This document shows, piece after piece, positions 54,250-64,000 of a stretch of 64,000 nt of DNA (the stretch's first letter is position 1; each line of letters begins with the position of its first letter). The stretch spans positions 47,178 to 111,177 of the forward strand of contig JBGPIA010000017.1 in assembly GCA_041484665.1 (NCBI GenBank). Reading direction: 5' to 3'. The notes below the pieces were generated by a model. That model made no database searches. It was not told where the DNA came from and saw only the letters and a list, made by a program, of their open reading frames with translations. The stretch comes from Candidatus Krumholzibacteriia bacterium. Lineage in GTDB: Bacteria > Krumholzibacteriota > Krumholzibacteriia > JAJRXK01. Position numbers and translations under genes: made by a program.

Positions 54250-55937
54250 GCCCGTTCCTCCTTTTTTCCCAAACGAGAGGCGATCAACTCCTGGATTCGC
54301 CGCGGCACCTGTCCCATCAGCTCGTCGACGTTCGCCGCTCCAGAGGTGGTCGGAAGGTCGACCATCTCCCATTCCACGACCGGGAACACGCCCAACGCTA
54401 CCAACTCATCGCAGGAGGCGAGCCGTTGCTCGATTCTCCGGGCCATGACCTCCGCACCTCCCTCATCGACACAGGCGACGATGAACTCCCATACCGCGTA
54501 GTTGGCACAGGGCGTCTTGGGCAGGAGGATATCCGTCTCCGGGCGCATCGCACCCTTCAGGACGGAATCGACGGCTCGCAGTATCTCTTCGGCTGCGACG
54601 GGTGAAGCGTCCAGACGCGCGGGACGCAGTGCGATCGCGATCAAGGCCAAGGTGCCTTTCCGAAGCGCGGCTCCGCTCACCAGCGGCAGCAGCACGTCGT
54701 GCATCGAGCAGATAGGCAACGTGAACAGGAAGCATGCCCCCTTCCCGGGCTCGCTCTCCAACCAGATGCGACCCCCGTGTGACTCGATGAGCTGCCGTGC
54801 GATGAACAGGCCAAGCCCCATGCCCGATCGACTCGACTCCTGGGTGTCTTCGATCTGATAGAGCCGCTCGAACACCCGGTGCAGGAGATCAGCCGCAACC
54901 CCCGGTCCGTTGTCCGCTACGACCACCCGCACGAAGCCCGGTTCCTCCGGTGCCTCGAACGCGCGGACCGTGATCTCGCCGCCGGGCGGTGTGAACTTCA
55001 CGGCATTGTCAAGGAGGTTCATGAGTACCTGGAGGATGCGTGGGTTGTCCGCGTAGACGTCAGGAGGCGTCGCTGGCGAGTCCTCCCTCAACGTAATCGA
55101 CTTGTGAGCTGCTCCCACACGCACGTTGTCGATTGCCTCTCCGATCAATGCCCGCACGCTCGTACGGTGCGCCGTCAGCGGCGTCCGGCGGGTGGCGGCA
55201 TCGGCGCGAGTCAGCACAAGGACGTCGTCGACCATGCTGCGGAGATGGCGGACATTCCGCACGATGATCTCGAGATACTCCCGCTGCTCCGCCGCTAGAT
55301 CGCCCGCCAGACCGTCCAGCAGAAGCGTCGCGAATCCATAGATCGCGGTCATGGGAGCCCGGAACTCGTGCGACACATGGGAAAGGCAACGGTCTTTCAT
55401 CGCAAGTTGGTTTTCGCGGTACGCTTCCAACTCGAGGAGAATCCGTTGCCGCTCGATCGCGTAGCGGAGGGCGCGGGACAGCCCGCTCGCCGATTGGACT
55501 CCCTTCACGAGATAGTCTTGGGCGCCTTGATGGAGCGCTTTGACGGCTGTCGCCTCGTCGTCAACGCCGGTGAGGACGATTACAGGGACGCGGGGGGCAT
55601 GAGTTCGTGCCTCGGCCAGCGTCTCGAGGCCCTCACTATCCGGCAACCAGAGATCGAGCAGGATCGCGTCGACTTGCGTCTTGCCCAGCAACTCGATGGC
55701 CGTTGAGAGACTGCTCGCAGTGTGGAGCCGCCAGTGCGCGGGCTGTCCCTCCGTCACGAGCTGGTGGATAGCCCGTGCATCATCGGGGTTGTCCTCGACC
55801 AGAAGGACCGCCATCGACTCATTGGGTCGGGCGGCGGCTCGCTTCCCAGCCGCCCTCGTCCCTGAAGCTCGATGGCTGTCACGAGACCGCTTCGTCGGTT
55901 TCGAATGCGTGTCGGGCGAAGCTACAAGATGGGGCAT
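54246..55937 (-). CDS. Hybrid REC-histidine kinase with degenerate GGDEF-like C-terminal domain
   Basis: LLVEDNPDD, LLDLWLPD, SHEFRAPM, NLLDNAVKF, DNGPG, GMGLGL; about 150-aa tail. Start could be 55814. Confidence 0.85.
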   Translation of the reverse strand: MPHLVASPDTHSKPTKRSRDSHRASGTRAAGKRAAARPNESMAVLLVEDNPDDARAIHQLVTEGQPAHWRLHTASSLSTAIELLGKTQVDAILLDLWLPDSEGLETLAEARTHAPRVPVIVLTGVDDEATAVKALHQGAQDYLVKGVQSASGLSRALRYAIERQRILLELEAYRENQLAMKDRCLSHVSHEFRAPMTAIYGFATLLLDGLAGDLAAEQREYLEIIVRNVRHLRSMVDDVLVLTRADAATRRTPLTAHRTSVRALIGEAIDNVRVGAAHKSITLREDSPATPPDVYADNPRILQVLMNLLDNAVKFTPPGGEITVRAFEAPEEPGFVRVVVADNGPGVAADLLHRVFERLYQIEDTQESSRSGMGLGLFIARQLIESHGGRIWLESEPGKGACFLFTLPICSMHDVLLPLVSGAALRKGTLALIAIALRPARLDASPVAAEEILRAVDSVLKGAMRPETDILLPKTPCANYAVWEFIVACVDEGGAEVMARRIEQRLASCDELVALGVFPVVEWEMVDLPTTSGAANVDELMGQVPRRIQELIASRLGKKEERA

Positions 55938-55972
55938 GGTTTCTGGATCTCGTTTCTCGACGGGTAAGATCG

Positions 55973-57064
55973 TCACGCAGCAATCGCTGCGCGCGTTGGA
56001 ACCGTGAAGTAGAACGATGATCCTCGCCCGGGCAAGGAGTCCACCCAGATGCACCCGCCATGCCGCTCTACGATGCGCTTGCAGATCGCCAACCCGACCC
56101 CGTTGCCGGCTCGGTGGCCTCCCCCGTGCAGGCGTTGGAACATCTGGAAACAGCGCCGGAGATCCTCCTCCGCGATGCCGATCCCGTTGTCGCGGATGCA
56201 AAAGGTGGACTGACAGCTCGCCACCGTGGCGGAGATATCGATGCACGGTGGCGCATCACCTTGGAACTTGATGGCGTTCGAGATGAGGTTTTGGAAAAGG
56301 ACCTTGAGTTGCCACGGATACCCACGGACTGTCGGCAGCGGGCCGTAGGAGAGTACGGCACGGGAGTCCAGGATGCTCGGCCAGAGGCCCGCCGCAACTT
56401 CGGCGACGAGAGCTGCGCAATCGACCGCTTCGGTTTGGGGCGCGTTCTTCGTGATGCGGGAGTAGGTAAGCAAGTCGCGGATCAGACGTTCCATCTGCCC
56501 GGCGCCGTCTACGGCCAGCCGCAGGAACTCCTGCCCCTCCGGGTCGAGGCACGGTTCCCGGCGGGCAGCGACGAGTTGGATCTGCCTCGTCATCGAGCGG
56601 AGCGGGTCCTGAAGCTCATGGGCGATCAGGATGGCGAAGCGCTCGAGCTGGGCGTTCACGCGCCTGAGTACGCGCACTTTGCGGGTGGCGACGCGCAGGC
56701 TCACGCGGGCCTCCGTCCTGTCCTGGACCATGGCGTAAACTACGTCTTCCTCTGGGAAGTACGCTGTGTTCCAGCTCAACCAACGGTGCGTGAGGTCGGG
56801 ACAGCGCCAGCGCGTCTCGAACGTGAGGGAGTCCTCACCGTTGCGGTGTGTCGCGAACACTCGCTGTACCAGTTCTTGGTCGCCCGGATGCAGATACTCG
56901 CACAGCTGTCGATCGTGGAGCTGGGTAGACGGGGCGCCGATGAGCCTTTCCCACTCGCCGTTGACCCGGAGGAAGCGCCCATCGGTATCGAGGATGCATA
57001 TCAGGGTCGGCGATAATGAGAAGAAGCCATCGAGGCTCCCGCGGGCTTCGATTCGCGCGGTCAT
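55973..57064 (-). CDS. PAS-domain sensor histidine kinase
   Basis: PAS (LHPGD, RWLSW), AHELQDPLR, FQNLISNAIKF, DNGIGI, GNGVGLAIC; GGAGG RBS. Confidence 0.88.
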   Translation of the reverse strand: MTARIEARGSLDGFFSLSPTLICILDTDGRFLRVNGEWERLIGAPSTQLHDRQLCEYLHPGDQELVQRVFATHRNGEDSLTFETRWRCPDLTHRWLSWNTAYFPEEDVVYAMVQDRTEARVSLRVATRKVRVLRRVNAQLERFAILIAHELQDPLRSMTRQIQLVAARREPCLDPEGQEFLRLAVDGAGQMERLIRDLLTYSRITKNAPQTEAVDCAALVAEVAAGLWPSILDSRAVLSYGPLPTVRGYPWQLKVLFQNLISNAIKFQGDAPPCIDISATVASCQSTFCIRDNGIGIAEEDLRRCFQMFQRLHGGGHRAGNGVGLAICKRIVERHGGCIWVDSLPGRGSSFYFTVPTRAAIAA

Positions 57065-58289
57065 TGCGTGCCTACCTCCCTGCAGGCGCGAATGGCCACG
57101 GGCTTGGAGCTGGGGCACTGCTGTACGGGCACGCCCGCAACCAACGGTTGATGTCAGAGAAAAACGTAAGCAGCCCGGCGGAGTCGCTTTGGGCGGACAC
57201 CGCGTGCGGGACGACTCGGGGGTTTCGCCCCGCATGGCGTCATTCTCGTGTCGAAGGCGCCGCCGCGCCTCCGCAGGCCGCGGATCGCTCACCACGGCGC
57301 GTCGCAGGCGCAACGTGGTTGCGGCCTGGATTGCGGAGAATCGGGTCTCGCCGGCCTGCGGGCCGTCCGCTTCCGGCGATCGATCCCGCCGCCGCCCGAA
57401 TGGCGACGTACGATCCGGAGCTGCCCAAAGAGCCCGACGATCCGGGGAGCCCCCAGCCGCTACCTCCCCACCGTTTCCAGGCGCCGGCGCACTGGCCACC
57501 AGAGAAGATCTGAGCGACGTAGGGGAAGGGCCTAAGAGACTGCGTTTCGCGATCGATACTCGCCCTTCAAGCCGGTCTTTCCTCGCGGGGCACTGCTGCG
57601 CAGTTCGCACCGCCGCCCCTTCTACCGCTAGTGCATTTGTGCACTGTCGTCGTGAGGAGGGCTCCATATGACATCCAGCGATGGAGGTGGGGGTTGGCGA
57701 GTGTGCGCCGATTTGGGGCGGTTTTGCTGGCGCGATAGTAGCAATAAACATGCCAGTTGAATGTGGCAGCTGCTCCAGCGGTCGGACTCTTGTCGGCGAG
57801 TTGGCCGCTGTCGGAACTCCATTACCGAATGTGGGACCGCACGGACTCACTGCGTCATTGCGCGTAATAAAACGGCAACGCGCCGCGATCCAGCGCGGGG
57901 AAGTGCGCAGCGGGAATGACCTGATTCCTCGATCGAATCGGGCGTCCTCGGTCATGTACGAGGGCAGTAGCGGTGATTACGTGTGTGGAATGCGTTGTGA
58001 ACGGGGCCCCGCACCGGCACGGAGTCTCGCTCTTGCGTCGGCGGCGAACTCCGGGCGCACCGCCCGCACAACGGTGTCAAGTGCAGCCGTTTCCGGCCGA
58101 TAATCCCGGCGATCCGGCGGGGCGCTGGCTTGCAGTGGCGGCGGGGATTCCGGGGGGCGCTTCGATCCGGCCACATGCTCGCAGGGCGGCGCCAGCGCGG
58201 AATCGACGGTCCCTGTGCCACGCCCCGCGCATCGAGATCTCCTGAACGGAGGGGCGGAACTCGGCCATGCCGCCCGGATCCTCTGGCTG

Positions 58290-58864
58290 CTCGCATTGAT
58301 CAAGTACGCGCCAGCCCCACTCCCGCACACCTGGTTGAGTCTGAAGATCACGTTGGCGATGGTCGGGCTGCTGTTGTCGGGGTAGAGGCCTGCACCACTT
58401 GCTCGCTCGCCCGCAGTGACGGTGAAACCGTCGAGGACCGCCGTTGCCGTGACGACGTGGTAGGTGTTCTCGCCGTTGCCGCAGAACCCACCGAATCCTG
58501 GCGCGCCGAGGTCGCCGCTCGGCGTCGTCTCGTTCGCGACCCAGTCACGTTCGGCCAGGTCGGTTTCATCTCCGCGAAAGCCACCGTAGAGGGCCACACC
58601 GCTCATGAGCCGGAATATCGCCGTGCGGTCGTTGCCGGTGGTCGGCTTGTAGGTCCGCGCATTCACCCAGATGGCGTCGCCCGCATGCGCTCTTCCCAGC
58701 GCGGTCTGCAGGCTGGCATGGGGTTTCGGCCACGAGGAGCCGCCGTTCGTGCCCGTGGCGGCAGAGTCGACGTAGATCGTGGCGGCGCGGACCTAGGGGT
58801 GAGGCAGGAGGACGGCCAGAAGCGCCGCGGCGACCGAGCCGAGCGTCGTGGCGTGCGCGCGCAT
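58290..58864 (-). pseudogene. Truncated secreted pectin-lyase-like/parallel beta-helix protein with an in-frame TAG
   Basis: Signal peptide, TAG at 58793-58795, then IYVDSAATGTNGGSSW...LQTAL...DAIWV...GVALYGGFRGDET...VLDGFTVT; similarity is lost near 58290. Confidence 0.7.
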
Positions 58865-59135
58865 CGTGCCTCTCCGTGAATTCGCCATTGCAGAACCGTT
58901 CATCCAGAGGGATAGAGTGCCCATGCAAGCGTGTCAACGTCACAAGTATACGCGCGTCGCGCAGCGGGGACCATTCTTCGAGGGGTTGTGCCGCGACCTA
59001 GACGTGGCGCGCACGGTCGACTGCATCGGCGACGTCCGCAGACTGACCATGGTGATCCCGTGCGATCGGGGGAGAAGGTGCACCTCGATGGTGCAGTAGC
59101 GGTGGGCGTACTGCAAAACGGTGCGGCTCGACTCC

Positions 59136-62100
59136 TCAAGTCGCGGTGATCTTGCCCGCGCCCACCTTGGTCAGTGCCAGAACCGTCTCATTCAACACCG
59201 CGCCCAGCGCGTCGAGGTCTTCATCGACGGCGATCTAGCCCGCCTTTCCGCGCCGCTCGAGGCGAGCGCAGAGCGACGCCATCTTCCCGGTGCCGACCGA
59301 TCCCGAGCTATCCTTGAGGCGATGGGCTGCTTCCGCGAGGGCTGCTGCGTCGACTTGCTGGACTGCGCCGCGCAGCCGCTACAGGGTGGCCGCGGCGTCG
59401 CTCGTGAATCGCTCGATGAGCTTGTTCACGAACGCGTCGGCCTCGGGCCCACCATCCCCGCGCAGCACATCGAGGACCGCTCGATCGATCTGGTCTTCTG
59501 CGTTCACCCGCCCGTCGGCGGCCGCGCCGCCCGCCGCCGCTTTCGTCGGCGCAGGCGCCGGCGCGTGGATCGCCCGGTGGATGGCGGCTTCGAGTTCCTC
59601 CCGCCGGATCGGTTTGGATACGTAATCGTCCATTCCGGCCTCGAGACACTTCTCGCGGTCGCCTTGCATGACGTTGGCGGTCATCGCGATGATCGGCGTG
59701 TGGATCCCCTTCGCTTCCTCGGCCCTGCGAATTCGGCGCGTCGCCTCCAGGCCGTCTAGCTCCGGCATCTGAGAGTCCATCAGGATCGCGTCGAACTTCC
59801 AGTGCGCGTGGGCATCGATGGCCTCGCGACCGTTGGCGGCGACTTCGACCCTGTATCCGAGCCTCTCCAAGAGGCGTACCGCCACGGTCTGGTTCACCTC
59901 GTTGTCCTCGGCTACCAGGATGCGGGCGCGGTTTCGCACCTCCCTCGCCCGAAGGCTGTGCGTGGTGACGAGGTGCTCGTCCTGCGCGCCGCTCGCCTGG
60001 GGATTCAGAGCCATGAGCGTCCGAAGCGCGTCGTAGAGCTGCGACCGCCGCACCGGCTTGTTGAGGTAGCCCTGGAAGCCCGCGCGCCGCGATGCCTCTC
60101 CTTGGCCGACCTGCGCTGAGGATGTGAGAAGAATCACCCGGAGCGGGGCGAGGGCGGCGTCGGCAAGGATGGTGCGCCCCAGCTCGAGGCCGTCCATCCC
60201 CGGCATCATCATGTCGAGGATGGCGATGTCGTAGGGAGCGGTCCCCCGCCGCGAGCGCAGCATCTCGAGGGCCTGCGCACCGTCCGCGACGACGTCGGAG
60301 ATCATCCCCCAGGCGGCAGTTTGCAGCTTCAAGACCTCCCGATTCGTCGTGTTGTCATCGACGATGAGCACGCGGACTCCCCGCAGGTCTTCCCGAGGCG
60401 CGGGCAGCGCCAACGCCGACTCGCTGGCCCTCCCGAAGAACGCGGTGAACCAGAACGTGCTCCCCTTCCCCAAGGCACTGTCCACCCCGATCTCGCCCCC
60501 CATGAGCTCGGCGAGCTGCTTGCAGATCGCCAGTCCCAGACCCGTGCCGCCGTACTTCCTGGTCGTGGAGGCATCGGCCTGCGAGAAGGGTTGGAAGAGC
60601 TGGCAAGTGACCTCCGGCGCGATCCCGATGCCGGTGTCTGAGACCTCGAAGCGGATCCGCGTCCCCCCGTCACCCTGCTCGACCAGCCGCGCCCGCACGA
60701 CCACCTCGCCGCTCGCCGTGAACTTGATCGCGTTGCCGGCGAGGTTCATCAGGATCTGGTGGAGCCGTCCGGGGTCCCCGCGCAGCGCGTGGGGGACGTC
60801 GTGATGGACGATGCCGACCAGCTCAAGCTGCTTCGCGTGCGCTCGCTCGGCGACCAGGTCCAGCACTTCCTCGAACGTCGTCTGCAGGTCGAAGTCCACG
60901 GCCTCCATGTGGAGCTTTCCGGCCTCGATCTTGGAGTAATCCAGGATGTCGTTGATGAGCGTCAAGAGAGACTGCCCACAGCTCTGGATCGTCTTCCCGA
61001 ACTGACGCTGCTCGGTGGTCATCTCGGTGTCGAGCAGGAGCTCCGTCATACCGATGACGCCGCTCATCGGCGTGCGGATCTCGTGGCTCATGGTGGCGAG
61101 GAACGCCGACTTAGTGTGGGTCGCCGCCTCGGCGGCCTCCTTGGCGGCCCGCAGGGCCTCCTCGGTCTGCCGGCGCGCCGTGATGTCCTCCGTCGTTCCC
61201 ACGTGACCGACGAATTCGCCGGCGCCATTGCGCAGAGTGGAGGATCGCGCGTGCACCCATCGACTGTCCCCCGATGGGCTCCGCAGCCGGAACTCACGGT
61301 CGAAGTCACGCCCGGAGGCAGTGGCGTTCCCCCACTCGCGAAGGGTCTCCGCTGCGTCGTCAGGATGCAGCGCGTGGCTCCAGCCATCCCCGAGGCTTTG
61401 CTCGATGGTCAGCCCGGTGATTGCCTGCCAGGAAGGGTTGGTGTACAGGCATCGGCCGGCATGATCCGTCTGGAAGATGCCGATCGGCGAGGACGCGCAG
61501 AGAGATCGGAAGCGGTCCTCGCTCGCCTGGAGCGCGGCGGTGCGCTCGAGAATCTGGAGCTCGATGTTCGCGTTCACCGGCTCCAGCTCGGCCCGCCTGT
61601 GCGCCGCTTCCCACAGGTCGCTCACGCCCTGCCGGCAGGCCGTGATGAGGAACACGTCGCAGAAGACGACCCATCCGGCGTGCTCGAACGAGCGCCAGAC
61701 GGTGGGCACGAGCACCCCGTAGACCGATTGCGGCCAGAACAGTCCGCGGGCGAGGTGATCCACCGCCACCACGATCGACGCCGAGATCAATACCGGCCAG
61801 TCGCGGTAGAACGCCAGGAAGGCCAGCGAGCCGAAGATAATGAAGTGCGTTTCGATCCGGCCGCCGGTGATCTGGATCAGCAGCCCGCCCATGAGCATCT
61901 GGCCCACGGCCACCGAGTGGCGCGTGAATCGATGCCCCGGCCGCAACAGGGCGCAGGCTACCGGGAACGCGACGATGATCGTGCCCAGGATCGTCGCCGC
62001 CCAGACGTGGGGATGCGTCGCGCTCCGTCCGCCGCTCTACGTCTTGGGGGAAATCCAGAGCGCGCCTGCGATACCGGCCAGCCATTCGAAGATCTTCAAG

Positions 62101-62207
62101 CCCGCAAACAGCCGGTCGGTGCGTTGCGTGAGGCAGTCCTTGCTCTCGGTGAAGAGAGCCATCGCGCGTGCGCCGGTCGGCGGGTCGATGGCCGGACGCG
62201 AGCTCAT
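59136..62207 (-). pseudogene. Membrane hybrid histidine kinase (TM-PAS-HisKA-HATPase-REC-REC-HPt) with three in-frame TAG stops
   Basis: [26 protein letters not shown], two REC domains, HPt AHRLK; TAG at 62037, 59379 and 59235, all in frame; ATGA overlap with the upstream gene. Confidence 0.85.
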
Positions 62208-62836
62208 CGTGTGCATATCGTGTCGCCCATCGCGCAGGATCCAGGATCGAAGAGAGAGCAGCCATAAGCGAGCGTCGCGTGGGTCGGCGGGGCCTGTGCG
62301 CGGGCCAGCGCAACGATCGCGTCCTGTCCGGCGTTGCCGCCGACATGACCGCGGGAGGGCGTGATACCGCCGCTGAACGCGAGCACGCCGCGCTGGTCGT
62401 ACAGGAACACCTGGCCGGACGTGAAGGCGTGGAAGCGCCTTGCCTCGGCGCCGCCCGCATCCACCGAAACCTCGAGCCCCGGGATTGACGCCGCCTTGCG
62501 CCATGAGGCGGTCTGGGCCCACTCGCACGCCGTTCCCGGAGGGGTGACGAAAACGACTCGAGCCTCGAGGCGCCGCCGGCAGCGGGCCATGATGAGTTCC
62601 AGCTCGCTCAGGCTCGCCCTGGTGCAGGGGCAACGCGGGTGCGCCATCATGACCAGCGTCAGCTTGTCGTGCGAGGCCTCCCGAATGCTCGTGCCGTCCG
62701 GCCATCGCGCGGGCGCGCGGCCCGAGATACCAGGGCGCGCGTCGTAGCGCATGAGGAGCGAGATGCCCAGCACGACACACAGCAGCCAGACGCCTGCGAG
62801 GAGTCGGCGACGTCCGCGGCCGAGGTCGGTGAGACG
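62204..62836 (-). CDS. Membrane-anchored thioredoxin-fold RedB-like protein (start unresolved)
   Basis: TM LLAGVWLLCVVLGISLL; HPRCPCTRAS, TSGQVFLY, FSGGITPSRGH, YGCSL. Confidence 0.7.
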   Translation of the reverse strand, partial: RLTDLGRGRRRLLAGVWLLCVVLGISLLMRYDARPGISGRAPARWPDGTSIREASHDKLTLVMMAHPRCPCTRASLSELELIMARCRRRLEARVVFVTPPGTACEWAQTASWRKAASIPGLEVSVDAGGAEARRFHAFTSGQVFLYDQRGVLAFSGGITPSRGHVGGNAGQDAIVALARAQAPPTHATLAYGCSLFDPGSCAMGDTICTR

Positions 62837-63343
62837 AAATCGTCCTCGCGCGTGGATTCCTGACCGCCCTTCCCCGAATCGTCGCCGTATCGGAGCGCAA
62901 TTGCCGGGTTTCCATCGACATCGGCACCGGGGCGCCGAGACTTGAGGGCGAAGCGTCGCGGGTGTGCCGCGTCGTCCACATCCGTCCCATCTCAAGCGGC
63001 CGGTGTTTCGGTGCTGGTGAATTCGTATCGGACGAGGAGCTCGCGCGTGTCGGCGTGGACCCGCGTGCCAGCCCGGCGGTAGTGGTGAATGAATACGCGC
63101 AGGGGGCGGACTCCGCAGTCGGGCACGACCACCCACGCTCCCGGCCGGCCCCGGACCGCAAGGCTGGCGGGCGCGGGGTGCGCCACCGGAAGGCGTGCCC
63201 CGGCGGCTGGGCCGTCGACGAGGTGTGCGGTCCACCGGATTGCTGGTTGGTCCGTCACTGCGTGGATTCTTCCCAGGGGGGATCGCGGGCTCGGCGTGCG
63301 GGGTGGGTACCGCAGGGCGGCTCCGCGCCGAGAGGGCGCTTGC

Positions 63344-63868
63344 GGATAGGCCGTTTCATCCGCGCACGCTCGACGAACCACGTCTCCGGGCCCGGCCTCC
63401 TGAGCCCCCGACCGCCTGTCTGACGCCCCTTCCCCCATCGCCTCTCTTGCAAACGCCTCGGCGCAGCCAGCCGGCGTCAATGGAGCGCCTCCGTGCTGCC
63501 TGTCGCGGTGAATCCTGGGACCCAAGCCTGCCTCGCCCGCACAGCCCGGCCCCGCCCTCGCCGTAGCGAGCGCCGGGAGGCTGCTCGGCTGCCCTTCGGA
63601 GCACCGCAAACAATGGATCGTCGAAATGCACGCGGACCGCCCGCTGCATGCAGTCGTGCGCGCAGCGGCTGAACAGCGACAACAGCCGCCGCTCCCGCAC
63701 GAACAGTCCACGCAGCGCTTTGGGGATGGTGAACACCACGTGGCGGTGCGGGACCGGCTCGAGCACCGTCGTGACCAGCAGCTCTCCCAGCAACGCCGCG
63801 CGCTTGGCTTGGCAGCTGGGGCAGAAGTTGCGGGTCCGGCAGGAGAATGCCAGCAGGTGCTCCGCGCC
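63344..63868 (-). mobile_element. IS91-family remnant: transposase Zn-binding fragment plus oriIS-like end
   Basis: EHLLAFSCRTRNFCPSCQAKR...PHRHVVFTIPKALR; minus-strand GATGAAACGGCCTATCC at about 63344-63360 resembles IS91/ISCR oriIS ends. Confidence 0.75.
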
Positions 63869-64000
63869 TGTTGCAAGGACTTGACACGGGAAACCTGTAG
63901 TGGATCTCCGCGCTATGCTCGTCGACCACGACGCGCTCGATCAGCTTGCGGCAGAGCTCCATCCTCTGTCTCTTGCGCATCCTCTCCAGTCCGGTCGCAA
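63477..64000 (-). CDS. C-terminus of a large serine recombinase-family protein (partial; reads into the IS91 remnant)
   Basis: RQRMELCRKLIERVVVDEHSAEIHYRFP resembles recombinase C-termini; similarity ends near 63870. Confidence 0.6.
   Translation of the reverse strand, partial: ATGLERMRKRQRMELCRKLIERVVVDEHSAEIHYRFPVSSPCNRRGAPAGILLPDPQLLPQLPSQARGVAGRAAGHDGARAGPAPPRGVHHPQSAAWTVRAGAAAVVAVQPLRARLHAAGGPRAFRRSIVCGAPKGSRAASRRSLRRGRGRAVRARQAWVPGFTATGSTEALH

Noticed and set aside
58290..62207. Genome-wide TAG or TGA recoding
   Set aside because: Many intact genes here end in TAG (e.g. 6890, 7047, 8947, 41351) or TGA right after complete domains. In-frame stops are confined to decaying or mobile genes.

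Overview
High-GC bacterial window with no rRNA, tRNA or CRISPR array detected. Seven secreted proteins carry a C-terminal 'PNPFNP...G.Y' FlgD-Ig/T9SS-type tail and one carries a 'TWxxIKxxF/YR' tail, which suggests an FCB-group candidate phylum such as Krumholzibacteriota, Eisenbacteria or Latescibacterota (inference). Contents: many secreted enzymes and beta-propellers, two Ser/Thr kinases, a glyoxylate-shunt operon (malate synthase plus ICL2-type isocitrate lyase), an AraC/VOC/SDR cluster, IS1380, IS256 and IS91 remnants, and a partly decayed two-component signalling island (about 51-63 kb) ending at an IS91 remnant interrupted by a serine-recombinase gene. The best candidate for a new system is a co-oriented cassette at 37.8-46.6 kb: ECF sigma, zf-HC2 membrane anti-sigma, exported TPR-CHAT caspase-like protease and secreted trypsin-like protease, with a perfect 37-bp palindrome inside it. 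Also notable are an OmpA protein with four NPALVGxW peptide repeats and a giant secreted protein whose zincin motif looks inactivated. All calls come from reading the sequence by eye; no database searches were run.
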